From Octopus sinensis (taxonomy: Eukaryota), in the NCBI RefSeq assembly GCF_006345805.1, contig NC_043013.1, positions 28,210,001-28,274,000 of the forward strand: DNA of 64,000 nucleotides, read 5' to 3'. The notes below the pieces were generated by a model that was not told the origin of the DNA, made no database searches, and was given only the letters and a program-made list of their open reading frames with translations. The position numbers were made by a program, and so were the translations under genes. Positions 1 to 13,860 of this stretch are shown piece after piece; the first letter of the stretch is position 1, and every line of letters begins with the position of its first letter.

Positions 1-1709
1 CTAGTAAAAAGTACTGGAGAAATGTAAGCCTTCAATGACTAAAGGTGTAGACTGCTTAGTAGAGAAAAGAATTATGTTACAGAACTCTGTTCACCCAGAT
101 ATCTACCAAAACTCAAAGCAAAATTATCCAACCCTGCCCTCACTGGCAGAGATATGTACTTGAATATTGGCAGAATGCAATTAGTACAAATGTTAAAGCT
201 TCCACCATCAGTACTTCCCATAACCACAATCTAGGGGTTCAGCATAAGGTGTGTCACACCCAGCTTAATGCAAAAATACACACACACACACGCATACATG
301 TGATTTTAAGAGTAGCTCTTCCCCTTCCCCACTCCCCACTTCAGTAAACACACATCAACTCCATCCTGCCGACACCTCAACCTCAACCCTAATCTACAGG
401 CATTTACTTCAAACACCATGATGGTGCTGTATTATTCTTATCCAACGAGCATGACTAGTAAACAAAAAATTTCCTCTCTAGGTTTTCCCCACAGGTTCTT
501 TTCCATTCCAGATTTTTGATACCCACAAACCTTCCTACCAACCCCTCTGATGACTGTCGAGATTGGTTCCCCAAAATTGTCAAGTATGAAACTGATTGGT
601 AATACAAGCTGAAATAGATCTATTAATCTGGATGGTATAAATATCAATATTATATATAATAAGTAGACAAAAATTGAAAAATAACAGGATATATTGCATG
701 TTTAAACATTGATCAGTGAATGGAAAAGATGTGAATGATGACTGCAAAGTTTTGTTAATAAACAGAGATAAATTTATAAATGAATAATAACTTATATAGA
801 TATATAAATAATATATGTAAATAATAATGTACAAATAAATAAAAACTGAATACTTTCATCATTTGTTTTAAAAAATAAAACCAAAATTACTTAGCAGTTT
901 CTTGCGAAAAATTTGATATTCTGTCATGTAATATTCAATGTGGTATCCAATCAAAAATGTTTCGCTACACAATGGAAAACTAAAATGCTGACTGACAGAA
1001 TATCTCACCCTGAACAATAAAAATAATGGAATTGCTCAAAGTGGAGGATTATATGAAAGCATTATAGATTTACCAGATTAAGGAAATAAACAACAAAAGA
1101 CTCAAGAAATCTTCAAAAATATTCCAAAGAACTTAAACATTGCTAGCATTAGTATCCTTTTTTCTCTCTTTTTTTTTTCTAACATTGGAAAATACTTTCA
1201 GATAATATAAAGTTACCTGATGGCATTACTTTTTATTTTACTCAATATATAAGAAATACATAAATGATACTTCATGACTCTTTCCGCTATAAATTCTTCC
1301 AGCAAACCCAAAGGGCTTGATAGTAGTAGCTTTTTAGCTTTGGTTTCATGGCATTAAATAAATCTTCCTTTCAACAGGTTTCTGCTCTGATGCAGATAAC
1401 ACAGCCAGAAAGATATCATACCTATTCATAACATCTCAATAACCAGGAAAGGATAGAGGCAGAGGCACAACTCCATCCACCTACTAAAACTATATTATAA
1501 AAAAGGGAGAAAAAATGAAACAAAAATGAATGTGTGATAAAGTAACACATAACAAAACAATTACAATAGATCTGAACTGATGACATCCAAACTGGGAGCC
1601 TAATACCATATCACTTCTTTATGCAATGTGTATCATATATAAGGTCATGTTTGGGCAGTGTTTGAGATGGTCACAACCAAGAGATTGGGTCAGAGAGTAA
1701 GAATAAATA

Positions 1710-1941
1710 CTGGTTTCAAACTTTGGTACAAGGCTAACAATTTCAGAGGTAGGGATAAGATGATTACATCGACCCCAGTAGTCAGCTGGTACTTATTTTA
1801 TTGACCCCAAAAGGATGAAATGCAAAGATGAAAACTAAGTCTACCTCAGTGGAATTTGAACTCAAAACAGGAAAACAAACGAAGTGCCACTAAGCATTTT
1901 GCCTAGAGTAGTAACAATTCTGCCAGCTGGCCACCTCAGAA
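1710..1941 (-). mobile_element. tRNA-derived SINE, family B (same family as 28103-28339)
   Basis: Reverse-complement similarity to the 28.1 kb copy; flanked by the 12-bp direct repeat TAAGAATAAATA (1698-1709, 1942-1953), consistent with a TSD. Confidence 0.85.
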
Positions 1942-2401
1942 TAAGAATAAATATTAGTAAAGAAACCAGGGTCTTGGAGGACAACATTATACCATTCCTG
2001 TTTCATATTTGATAATAAAACTAAGATTTATCATATTTATTGCAATAAATCTTTTTGATTTCATTATATATTAATGCTTTGACTATTCTTAATCATGAAC
2101 AACATTGAGCAGTATGTTGTAAATGTTACTAAATAGCCATAACTGACAACGCAACCCACAAGTATACATGTGTGTGCGTGTGTGTGCAAGAATTAGATTT
2201 CAAATTGACCTAATATGAAAATTTCAACCAACATTACCAATCCTCCAGTGACTAATGTCTACTGTGAATTGATTTATCTCCTGATACAAGAAATCACAAG
2301 AATTCCCAAAGATAACCATAATAGTCATAGGGAATTCTAGCGAATTGACAGTATGTGTGTGTGTGTGTGTGTGTGTTTAAAAAAAAGAAAAAGTATCAAT
2401 A

Positions 2402-2810
2402 GGCACAGGAGTGGCTGTGTGGTAAGTGACTTGCTTATCTACCACATGGTGCTGGGTTCATCCCACTGCATGATACTTTGGGCAAGTGTCTTCTACTATA
2501 GCTTCAGGCCACCCAAAGCCTTGTGAGTGGATTTGATAGACAGAAACTGAAAGAAACCTGATATATATATGTGTGTGTGTATGTGTCTGTGTTTGTCCCC
2601 CCCCCCACCACCACCACCACCAACATTACTTGACAACTGATGCTGGCATATTTACGTCCCTGTAACTTAGTGGTTCGGCAAAATAGTCTGATAGAATAAG
2701 TATTAGGCTTACAAAGAATAAGTCCTGGGGTCAATTTGCTTGATTAAAGGTGGTGCTCCAGCATGGCCACAGCCAAATGACTGAAACAAATATAAGAATA
2801 AAAGAATAAA
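2402..2810 (+). mobile_element. tRNA-derived SINE, family E, full length (head + internal microsatellite + body 1)
   Basis: A/B-box-like head (GGCTGTGTGGTAAG...GGGTTCATCCC), TTGGGCAAGTGTCTTCTACTATAGC core, internal TA/TG tract, A-rich AAAAGAAT tail; many copies in the window. Confidence 0.9.
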
Positions 2811-3059
2811 ACCCAGTAAAAGCATCTCTCTGTAGCAATATGCTCACTCACATTTTTTCCCCTTCAATTAATAATCTATAATAGTTTAAACCAAACACCT
2901 AACCTCATCCAGTCATAATTAATTCTGTCTACAAGAGTCTAGCAGCAAGTTTTTAGTTATTGCCCATTTTGAGAATAAAAGGATATGAGAAACAATTACA
3001 TAATTCAAGGCAAAATGGTTGGTATTAATTAATATTTTCAACCATAATTTCTTTCTCCT

Positions 3060-3300
3060 GTCTATACTCTGCACAATTGAGGACTCCTATCTTGCAGGTA
3101 CTCAGCAATATCAGCAGTCCTGGTGCTAGAGAAAAAGCATCCAGTACATTTTAAGTGGTTAGTATTAGGAAGGGCATCCATCTATAGAAGCTACACCAAA
3201 ACAGACATGGAATCTTGTGGAGCCCTATGGCTCATCTGCTCTTGTCAAACCGTCCAACCCATGCCAGCATTAGAAAAAGTGATGTTAAATGATGATGAAT
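3060..3300 (+). mobile_element. Non-autonomous retroelement end sharing the RTE-type 3' module with a (GAT)n tail
   Basis: GAGGACTCCTATCTTGCAGGT...AGGAAGGGCATCC...GATGATGA; homologous to 28420-28715, 46560-47140 and 62770-62945. Confidence 0.7.
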
Positions 3301-3515
3301 CACAGAAACTCCTTTACATGGACCCCAAAGAACTGAATTGAAAATGTTCGTTAATTATTACTGCTTCACTGGGCGAAGACCAATATATTTCATCCTCAGG
3401 TGATGGAACCTCCATTGGCTTTGATGATGAACATTCAGCTGTTTGATCGACTGAGTATCTAACTCAGTAAGCTAATGTGTACATGGTTGAGTACATATCC
3501 ACAGATATGCCTTAA

Positions 3516-3733
3516 CCCTTTAACAGAAAGATTACTCTGTCAAGTGTAACACTTATTCACATTGTTTTGAATTAATCCGGCATTATCCCATAGCTTCGAG
3601 ATTTCAATAACATGGTTGTCTATTTTTAGAATGACATTCTAGGGTAGATATGTGTGACCAGAACTGGCCAGTTTGACCACAAAACAGGTGAAAAATATTT
3701 GGATTGGATATGGCCAGCTTAAATGCTAAAGGG
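3516..3733 (-). mobile_element. piggyBac-type MITE nested in a SINE tail
   Basis: TTAA at 3512-3515 and 3734-3737; termini CCCTTTA...TAAAGGG; a related copy lies at ~57275-57495; flanks resemble the family D SINE tail. Confidence 0.8.
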
Positions 3734-4255
3734 TTAATGCAATTCCTAGTGTAATTCCTTGACAGTGGCTGAGTACTCCACAAACATCTTAATGTAATCA
3801 CTATACCTAATCAGTGTGACAATACATGACTAAGCTGAACTCTGAATTATAAGTATAATCTAATGGGATTCCACACAGTTTCCATCAACCTAATTTCACT
3901 CACAAAGCTTAGAGCAAGCTGCAGCTTTATAAAAATCATTAAAATATTATAAAATACTCTGAGATCTCACAACAGAAAAGCAAACATCCGAATCACTCAG
4001 TTATGCTTGCATCCACAGGTAATATGGCATGAAAATGAGTCAAGCAGAGCTCTAAAGAATTCTGCCTATAGTTAGTTCACTAAAGAACTAACTATAAGCA
4101 GAGAAATCAGAGGTACAAGAAACAGGTGAAAGTAATGGCTAAACAGAATCAAACTCACAAAACAAGGTTGGAGCTGGAAAGAGATAAAACAGTGGTGAAG
4201 GGATTTCAGAGACCCTCAGGTAGATATATGGTATATATACCATATCGATGTATGT

Positions 4256-4530
4256 GAGGGCACATGGCCTAGTGATTAGGGTGTTTCAATCATGATTGCG
4301 GGATCATAGTTTCAATTCCTAGACTGGGTGATGCATTATGTTCTTGAGCAAAACACTTCATTTCATGTTACTCTGCAATCATTTCAACATTTCATACATG
4401 CTACACTGTGCTCCTGTTCAGATTTGATGGAGAGAGTGAGTTAATGAACAACACATGCATTTGATCACTATAAACAAGACATTTACATAGGTCGTTTGGC
4501 AAAAGCTGAATGCTCCTCCTTTGTCGTTGG
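4256..4530 (+). mobile_element. tRNA/CORE-type SINE (tail variant 2)
   Basis: GGCCTAGTG A-box, TTCAATTCC B-box, TGTTCTTGAGCAAAACACTTCATTTCA core; a related minus-strand copy lies at 49300-49565. Confidence 0.75.
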
Positions 4531-4589
4531 TGGGAGAGTCCATCACTTAGCTATTTGACGATACAGTAAAAGCGGTGCCACATAGAAAC

Positions 4590-5033
4590 ACCCATGCAGT
4601 GCCATGTAAAAAGTGTCTATGTGGTGCCACGTAAAAACATCAAGCACACTCTGTAAGGTGGTTGGTGCTAGGAAGGGTATCCAGCCATAGAAACCATACC
4701 AAATCAGAGTGGAGCTTGGTGCAGCTCATCAGCTTGCCAGCTCTGATTACACGATCCAACTCATGCCAGCATGGACAACAGACATTAAATGGAGATGATG
4801 ATGATGAGTGTGGCCGTTGCCAGTACCGCCTGACTGGCCCTCATGCTGGTGGCACGTAAAAGCACCCACTACACTCTCAGAGTGGTTGGTGTTAGGAAGA
4901 GCATCCAGCTGTAGAAACTCTGCCAGTTCAGATTGGAGTCTGGTGCAGCCATCTGGTTCGCCAGCCTTCAGTCAAATCGTCCAACCCATGCTAGCATGGA
5001 AAGCGGACGTTAAACGATGATGATGATGATGAA
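4590..5033 (+). mobile_element. Two tandem 5'-truncated RTE-type 3' ends with (GAT)n tails
   Basis: GGCACGTAAAAGCACC...AGGAAG(G/A)GCATCCAGC...GTTAAA(C/T)GATGATGAT twice (4590-4808, 4811-5033). Confidence 0.85.
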
Positions 5034-6525
5034 TGGGTGGGTTACCAACAATTTCTGTCTACCAATTTCACTCACAAAGCACTGGTCTGTTTGGAACCAT
5101 AGTAGAAGACACTTGTCAGGGATATCACACAGCAGGACTGAAGCAGAAACAATGGGGCTACAGAGCAAACAACAAGCAAATGCTACTCTTGCAGCCTGAA
5201 TTGACCAAAGCAAAGTCAATCCTCTCAAGATTCCAACATGGAGTTAAGAAGTGTGAAGTGCTAAGTTTCCCCACTCTACTTTCACAGCTATATAAACCAA
5301 AAAAATGTTTGTGTATTCATCTTCTCACCTAGTAATTTATCATTTTTAAAATTTTTTTTTGTTTTTAACACTAAAAATCAATTTTTGATTAATTTTTTTT
5401 TTGTTTTTCTAAAAGGGAGAATTTAAAAAAGAAATCACAACATATCAAAAAAAAAGAACAAAAAAAAAACAATAAAATAATTATTTTGTTTGTAGTTTCT
5501 TGAGATGTTGCTGCTGCTGCTGCTGCTGCAGTGGTGGTGGTGTAGAGAAATAAGAACATTGGCAATACTAAATAAAAAAAAAAAGGTAAAAATATAATTT
5601 CACAAACCACTGTCACAAGACCCAACAGGATTGCTGGGAGAGGAATTGGAAGATTGCAAAGTAAAAAAAAAAAAAACTTATTATTTTGTATTAACTTTCC
5701 TCATTGCTAAGAAACAAAAACTTTGCACCAAAGTGAAACGAAAAATAAGAAGAAAGAGGGAAGAAGGAAAAAAAGAAAAAGAAACACCACAACTACAATA
5801 TTTTAAACAGTGTAGAACCAAAAATAATGCATAACCAAGAGACAGTGTTTATCAGATTATTGCAGTTTTGCTAACATTATAAACATATATAAAATAAATA
5901 AAAAACATAACTATCTATTGTATGCATGGTCTGTATGTTGTAAGTGAAACTACTACACAAGATTTGTAGACAATACAAATTACATTATAAATATAGTAAG
6001 CCAAATATCCCTGAAAGTACAGATTTACCGATTGCATTACCGAATGTGTTTATAAGAGAGGAAAATAGGAAGGCAACAGTTACATGTGTAGGAATTAGGT
6101 TTAGAAATCATGTTTTGGGTTAAAATACAAAAAAAAGATACAGCAACAAACTTGTGATAATAGTTTTATTGTTAACGTATAATTTTATCTGAACGATGAT
6201 GGTGCAGTTGGCGGGCAAGTAATATCAAGCTATGAAACATGGAATATCTGCATGTGTGTGTTTACTTTAGACACATGGAAACATACACAGTGATAAGTGT
6301 ACCTAAGCATACACGTGTGCGCTTGCACACATACATATATATTCATTTATCAACTCGAGCATATATCAATTTATATATCATTTTTCAGAATATGTTAAGA
6401 AATGCATTCTAAGGCAAGAGACTACAACAGTGCTCAATAAACTAATATTAATGTTTGGAGAATATATGATGTAGACAAACTAAATAAAAGGATCAGTTTG
6501 AAGCAATATATATATATATAATATA

Positions 6526-6690
6526 GGTGCAGGAGTGGCTGTGTGGTAAGTAGTTTCCTTACCAACCACATGATTCCGGGTTCATTCCCACTGCGTAGCA
6601 CCTTAGGCATGTATCTTCTGCTACGGCCTCGGGCCAACCAAAGCCTTGTGAATGGATTTGGTAACCAGAAACTGAAAGAAGCCCGTCGTA
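6526..6690 (+). mobile_element. SINE family E head
   Basis: Close match to the head at 2402; runs directly into a long microsatellite. Confidence 0.9.
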
Positions 6691-6697
6691 TATATGT

Positions 6698-6744
<47 letters not shown>

Positions 6745-7082
6745 TATATATATACATACATACATATACACATATATATATACATATATATATATACACA
6801 CATATATATACAGATATATATATACACACATATATATATACACACATATATATATACACACGCTAAATGATGATGATGATATATATATACATATATATAC
6901 ACATATATATATATATATACACACACACATATATATATATACACACACACACATATACATATATATATATATATACACATATACATATATATATACACAT
7001 ATACATATATATACACACACATATACATATACATATATATATATATATACACATATACATATATATATACACATATACATAT

Positions 7083-7113
<31 letters not shown>

Positions 7114-7116
7114 TAC
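6691..7116. repeat. Compound (TA)/(CA) microsatellite
   Basis: Direct reading; source of the YIYI/THTH pseudo-ORFs. Confidence 0.97.
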
Positions 7117-7850
7117 ATGAGGTGATAGTTTTTTTAAAAACATTTATCACCCTCCTTATGAAGCAAGATGGTACTTGACACTTACCTAAGGAAGGGCATT
7201 TTACCCTCCTTTAGATAGCAATGAAAAGATGATTTAGTTAAGCGATTTAGGACAATATGTTAAAGAATGGTGCAATCAAGAAAGAAATGGAAGCACATAG
7301 CGACCAGCAAGTATAACATCTGACAGCCTGGTCAATACAGTGATATATACTTTTATATATACATTATCTTACTGGGACACATTATGATTTTGCAAACAAG
7401 CTGACAATGAAAACAGAGCCATAAGCTGTAATCTGTTGTCAGCCAGAATTAAATAAAGGTCAACCTAAATGTTTCTGGGTTAAATATACTTGCAATAATA
7501 AAATTACAAGACATCATAATTCTGTGAAACTTCATAGAAATTTGGTCTTCAGCACTAATGCTCTAAACATTACTTTTTGAGCACTTTCATAGATTCCTGC
7601 TTCAAGATGAATTTCTTGCACTTTCAGAGAAAACGATACAGTGGAAACTCTGAATAGAGCTGTGACTCTGTTTAGTGAACAATCTGCAAGGTAGTATCAT
7701 TGCTATTTGAGAAAGATCTGAATTTTTCTGAAGATTCATGGAACCTTTAATATATTTTTACTCTGGTGTCAAGAGTATATTTAAATTAGAAAAATTCAGA
7801 CTGATTCTCATACCAGAATGCAAGAGTTGTGAAATATATTCTTTTATTCA

Positions 7851-8235
7851 TTTACTTGTTTCAGTCATTTGACAGTGGTCATGCTGGAGCACTGCCTTTA
7901 GTCGAACAAATATAGCCCAGGACTTATTCTTTATAAACCTAGTTCTTATTCTGTTGGTCTCTTTTGCCAAACTACTAAGTTATGGCGATGTAAACACACC
8001 AACATCGCTTGTCAAGTGATGGTGGGTGGTGGACAAACACAGACACACTAATACACACACATATATATATATATACAATGGGCGTCTTTCAGTTTCCATC
8101 TACCAAATTCACTCACAAGGCTTTGGTCAGCCTGAGGCAATAGTAGGAGACACTTGCTCAAGGTGCCATGCAGTGGGACTGAACCCAGAACCATGTGGTT
8201 GGGAAGTAAGCTTCTTACAACACAGCCACTGTACT
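7851..8235 (-). mobile_element. SINE family E, near full length
   Basis: Reverse complement of the 2402-2810 type. Confidence 0.9.
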
Positions 8236-8905
8236 GAAATATACTTTAGGTAATAAAAACATTATCTGATATACAAGTTAATATTTGGAGAAGAATGGAT
8301 AGATTTGTTTATTACATCTAAAGTTTCAGAAAAATTTCAACATTCATACACATTCACCTACACACACACACACACACCAAGCATCATCACCATCATCATC
8401 ATAATAATAATTTAATATCCATGTTCAATGTTGGCATGAGTTGGATAGTTTGAGACAATCCAACAGTTCCAACGATTGCATTGTGTCCTAATGTTTGCTT
8501 TGGCATGGTTTCTATGACTGAATGTCTTTTCTAACGCCAACCAATTTACAGAGTGTATTGGGTGCCTTTTTCTTTCATGACACCAGCACTAGTGAGGTTG
8601 CCATGCAGCTTGCAAGACTAAGATCCCCTTTGGCTGAGTGAGACTACAGCAGAAAGGGAGGTGGTTTTATGTAAGGAGAAAAGGCATTAAAGTGTGAGAG
8701 ACAGATGTTTCTATGGCCAGTTAGCCTTCTTGCAAATAACACTCACCTATTTCCAGGCAAGGTAATATTTCTCCATGACCAGACATGTTTTCACAGAAGA
8801 TTGGAAATGAAGGACACTACATTGCATGCTAGTGACACTAGTTTACAACTATTATGTGATGCCAAGGCAAGGAGACAGTAACACATATATACGCACACAT
8901 ACATA

Positions 8906-9250
8906 GGGCACATGGCTCAGTGGTTAGAGGATCGGACTCACGATCACGTGGTAGTGAGTTTGATTCCTGGACTGGGCTGTGTGTTGTGTTCTTGAGCAAG
9001 ACACTTTATTTCACGTTGTCCCAGTTCACTCAGCTGTAGAAATGATTTGTGACATCATTGGTGCCAAGTTGTATCGGCTCCTTTGCCTTTCCCTTGGGTA
9101 ACATCAGTGGCATGCAGAGGAGAGGTTGGTATGCATGGGCAACTGTTGGTCCTCCACAAACAACTTTGCCTGGATTTGTGCCTCAAAGGGGAACTTTCTA
9201 GGTGCAATCCCATGGTCATTCATGACCGAAGGGGGTCTTTACCCTTTACC
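8906..9250 (+). mobile_element. tRNA/CORE-type SINE (tail variant 1), nested in a minus-strand family E/body 2 SINE
   Basis: TGGCTCAGTGG A-box, GTTTGATTCC B-box, core TGTTCTTGAGCAAGACACTTTATTTCACGTTG; near-identical to 47201-47535; flanked by family E head (9251-9410) and body 2 (8700-8885). Confidence 0.85.
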
Positions 9251-10184
9251 CATGTACAATAGGCTTCCTTTAGCTCCCATCTACCAAATCCATTCTCAAG
9301 GCTATGGTTGGCATGGGGCTCAGAGTAGAAGACACTTGTCCAAAGTGCCACACAGTGGGACTGAACCTGAAACCACGTTGTTGGGAAGCAAACTTCTTAC
9401 CACACACACACACAATGCATAAAGTTTTGTAGAACTGCTGCTTTTCAGAATCTGCATTTGGTAATGTATTTTACAGCAAAATCTGTTAAAGTCAGATTGC
9501 ATTTATTGCATATTACATCGCTGGTTTGCCAGCTAGCTGCAAGCAAACATTCACAAATTTCAATTGTAAAAAAAAAAACATTTTTGTTTACATTTTCTTG
9601 TAAATTTGCTTTTAAAAATATGCGAGAGAAAAACATTAACTTTCTCCAGAAAAAATAATAATTTTCATATAGTTTGTATAAATTTTGAAAAAAAAAAAAA
9701 CCAGCAAACAGCACTGCATTTCTCAACATGTTATATGTGCATAAGTTTACACACACACCTAAAATGATGTGAACTTCTGCTTCTATATAGCTAAGAGAAC
9801 TCAAATGAAAGTATTAATTGAGGGTTAGCTGGTTAGTTTTGATCATTTGGCAAGCTTAGATACTTGTTATCAGTATTGTTGCCAGTTGTATGAGAGCACT
9901 GACTGAGCAGGCAGACCTATTGTCAAAGGTATTCCAACCTGTCCAATGTGGCCTTCTTTCTTGAGGCAGATGTGGTTGCTAATTTCTAGCAGGTCAAGCA
10001 ACCCAGAAGAGGCTGGTTCATTGGCTGGATTTTATAAGAGAAGAGTAGCTGTGACTTGGGTATTACATCACAAATATAAATTCAGGTTGAAGACATGGTT
10101 CATGGTACACACCCAATTTCTTTCCCTAAAAATATAATTTTCAACAACTCTAGCGAAGATACATTTGAACAGCATTAATCCCTC

Positions 10185-10365
10185 TTCAAATCTGATCTAT
10201 GACTAAGGGTGTTCCAGTTATGACCACCTTATCTGTTGCCCCTACATCGCATACCTAAGACTACATTATACAAATGAGTCAGTACCTCTTTGAAAAAATG
10301 GAAATCTTGAGGGATATTTGGGTGCTATTTTTAGCAAATTGAAAGCCCTTACAAAGACTCCTTCA
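10185..10365. repeat. Interspersed repeat (SINE-like family F)
   Basis: Similar to 11710-11925 (CCAGTTATGACCACCTT...GCATACCTAAGACTACAT), 11960-12150 and 28905-29090. Confidence 0.65.
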
Positions 10366-10390
10366 AATCTGATCACATCTTATCTCTTCC

Positions 10391-10428
<38 letters not shown>

Positions 10429-11709
10429 CGAGAGAGATAGAGATAGAGAGAAAGTATCAACTGTAGTAATTGACTGGTACTTTATTTATCGACCCCCACC
10501 TGCACCACCAAAGAACAAGCAATAAAGTTGACCTCAACTGTAAACATCTTTATAAAATTATCCACAGATGAAAAAAATTATTGATGCAATCCAAAAAGTT
10601 ATTCCAAACATGGAATTCAACTTAGTAATAAAGAAAGGCAAATAGATGCAGACATTTCAGATAAACCCAATGTTGCGATTGGTTGGGGTTTTTTTTTTTT
10701 TGGTTTTTTTCTAAAGAGTTTGTGAATCAGCAATCTCTATTAACAATGACATATCACTAAAATTCTATGATGGTGCAATTTTTATACTGCTAAGAAAGTT
10801 GATTTGAAGCCAAAAAAAAAAAGAAAAGAAAAAAATTCCAGAGTTCATTATTGTTGAAGAATTGTTCAATTGCATAGACAGTTTTGTGATGAGAGTTTTT
10901 CATTCTGTACATTACACTGATGTAAGAACTGCAAAGACAGAAACAGCTTTAACCTAAAATTGTAAATCTTGCAACATTACAAGACAAGCAATCACATTCT
11001 TTATAAACAAAAATTTCTAAGTAAACGTATATTATCTAAGAACAGCACTTGGTGAAGCAGTAAAAATGCTAAACTTTATAAAACCTTCAACACTTCAATC
11101 AGACAGCTTTCTATTTTGTGCAAAAATGACAATGCTCAAGGCTTTTCTTAACACATGTACACATTAAGTTCTTCTCTAAACATAAATGAAATAGTTTTAC
11201 AGAGTTAAATTACTTGTGAAACTGCTTTAGTTTCATTACAAAGTATTACAGTTCTTTAAATCCAGCAAAACAGAAACTCAAACCATTCAAAGACAATGAG
11301 ACTAGCATATCTTTATATATTACCAAATTAAATGAAGTTAATCAGAGATTATGACAAAATGTTGTAATTTTTTTTTAAATAAATAAAATTCCATTATCAA
11401 GAAATATATTCTGAATTTTCATCTAATTCTATAAAGAAGAAAACTACATTTGACAGCTTTCCAATTTTGTACAAAATAAAACAAGTAAATAAAGTCCATA
11501 AAAAATAAATAGTTAGCTGTGCTGTTTTATAACACTCAAATGACTCGTACTCATCTTTATCAGAATATTTTCAGAAAAAAACTTAACAAAGAACCAAAAT
11601 GAATTCATGCTTATAACTAGGTTTTGTGGTTTTATTGTAAAAGACTATTATAAACTGCTTTCTTTTCTGGTTGATGTTAAACAGAAAAATAAAGAATGTT
11701 TACTTAAAG

Positions 11710-12150
11710 CTGTTTAGCCCAGATCAACTCTAACTAAATAGATCTGTGGTCAAAAGCTTTCCAGTTATGACCACCTTGTCTGTCACCCTGGCATTGCATA
11801 CCTAAGACTACATCATACAGTGGGTTTGACCTCTTTTTCAAAGAAGTACTATCTTATGGGATATTTGTTTGCTATTTTAAGCAGATTGATACCCCATACA
11901 AAGGCTCCTTCATTGGCCCAATTAAGTAATTGTTTTTGAAGAAGACATTATTGATGTCTGGGTCACTTCTGACTGAGGAGCCACATAATCAAAAATGTTC
12001 CAGCCATGACCAACCTCTTGTTTTTTAACTTCTTTTCCAGGATTAAGTACATCTAGGTTTAGTTATCCAATGGGTCCTTACATTTTTAGGATAGTAAAAT
12101 GTAATTTAAGGGAAATTTGGACAAGTCCAGAGACCATGTAGAGAGGTTTT
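11710..12150. repeat. Two adjacent copies of repeat family F
   Basis: Internal similarity to 10185-10365. Confidence 0.6.
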
Positions 12151-12205
12151 CTAGAAGTACCTTGAAAGCAGGATATCCCTATAACAGTCAATATGTTCGT
12201 ACAAG

Positions 12206-12405
12206 GCAGAATTATTAGCACACTGGGTGAAATGCTTAGCGGTATTTCCTCTGTCTTTATGTTCTGAGTTCAAATTCTGCCAAGATCGCCTTTGCCTTTC
12301 ATCCTTTCAGGGTTGATAAATCAAGTACCAGTTGCATACTGGGGTCGATCTAATTGACTGGGCCCCTCCCCAAAAATTTCGGATTTTGTGCCTAGTGTAG
12401 AAAAG
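12206..12405 (+). mobile_element. SINE family B, 5'-truncated
   Basis: 16-bp TSD AATATGTTC(G/A)TACAAG at 12190-12205 and 12406-12421; B-box GAGTTCAAATTC. Confidence 0.88.
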
Positions 12406-13185
12406 AATATGTTCATACAAGTGGTACTGCTATCTCAAATACTCACGAGATACCAGGTTTTTACATTTTGCACTACAATCAAAACAATATTCAGAAATAG
12501 ATTAAATATTAAATGTAAGAGTTGATATGATGATCCAACGTTCAAAACATTAATTCAAATATTAAATGAATTTGTTATTTGAAAATACAGAATCTCAAAT
12601 CTCATTAAAACCTAAATCTTTAACTAAGAAATACTTCTGAGAGATGAAATATTCTTTCCTATAAGCTTTCTGTATATTAATTTATAAATTAAATCTTAAT
12701 ATATAAATTGATTCTAAAATTTAGGTCAGTTGAAACAGCTGGCACTTTTCACTATTTGTTTGTCCCTCAAAGCTGAGCAAAGAAATAAAAGATGAAAATA
12801 ATAGCATGTGATCTACCGAACAGGTCCTAACAGCTAAATAATGGCTTAAAACGGAATCAATGCTGTTTTATTACTAAACATATGGCACAAATCAAATACT
12901 TTAGTAAAACAAAGTTTTCATTCGGTTGTTTGTTTTTAACACTGCTTTTTCCATAGGTTAGATGACTATATTATTGAGGAGTATTGTTTTACAGCAGGAA
13001 GCCTTCTTGTTACTGACCGCAATCTATTTTTCACGTAAAGGACTGCATATTCCACACATCTTCATAGGCACAAAACCAGCAGAAGGTTTGCTAACAAGGA
13101 AAATGACAACAATGTTGCTGCTTGTAGCTCAGCACAAATGCCATAAAGCACATACTTACATACATACATACATACATATTTTTCT

Positions 13186-13561
13186 ATTCTTTTACTTATT
13201 TCAGTCATTTGACTGTGACCATGCTGGAGCACTGCCTTTAGTCGAACAAACTGACCCCAGGACTCATTCTTTGTAAGCCTAGTACTTATTCTATCAGTCC
13301 CTTTTGCTGAACTGCTAAGTTATGGGGATGTAAACATGCCAACATCAGTTGTCAAGTGATGGTGGACAGACAAATACAGACACACAAACACATACACACA
13401 CACACATATATGATGGTTTTCTTTCAGTTTCCATCTACCAAATCCACTCACAAGGCTTTGGTTGGCCTGAGGCTATAGTAGAAGACACTTACCCAAGGTG
13501 CCACACAGTGGAACTGAACCTGTAACGTATGGTTGGGAAGCAAGCTTCTTACCACACAGCC
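13186..13561 (-). mobile_element. SINE family E
   Basis: Reverse complement of the 2402-2810 type. Confidence 0.9.
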
Positions 13562-13566
13562 AGTTT

Positions 13567-13607
<41 letters not shown>

Positions 13608-13614
13608 TCATCAT

Positions 13615-13860
13615 CATCATCATAATCATATAATGTCCGCTTTCGATGCTTGCATGGGTTGGATGGTTTGACTGAGGGCTGGCAAGCCAGAAGGCTGCAC
13701 CAGGCTCCAATCTGATCTGGCAATGTTTCTACAGCTGGATGCCTTTCCTAATGCACTCTGAAAGTGTAGTGGGTACTTTGTACGTGCCCTGGCATGAGGG
13801 CCGGTTAGGCGGTACTGGCAACGATCACACTCAAATGGTGCTTTTTACATGCCACCAGCT
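13615..13860 (-). mobile_element. RTE-type 3' end
   Basis: (CAT)n then reverse complement of the AGGAAGGGCATCC module. Confidence 0.85.

Noticed and set aside
438-647. 69-aa minus-strand ORF and alternative exon readings on either strand
   Set aside because: No recognisable domain; splice-site choices conflict and none could be linked to another exon convincingly.
4845-4915. RTE module checked as a twister or pistol ribozyme
   Set aside because: It lacks the conserved twister loop (UCCCAAGC-type) and the pistol second domain; kept only as a possible pseudoknot.
6434-7178. Long overlapping ORFs rich in YI/CV/TH (also at 19.1, 20.0, 26.3, 44.7, 50.5-51.5 and 63.7 kb)
   Set aside because: Translations of TA/CA microsatellites, which lack stops in several frames.
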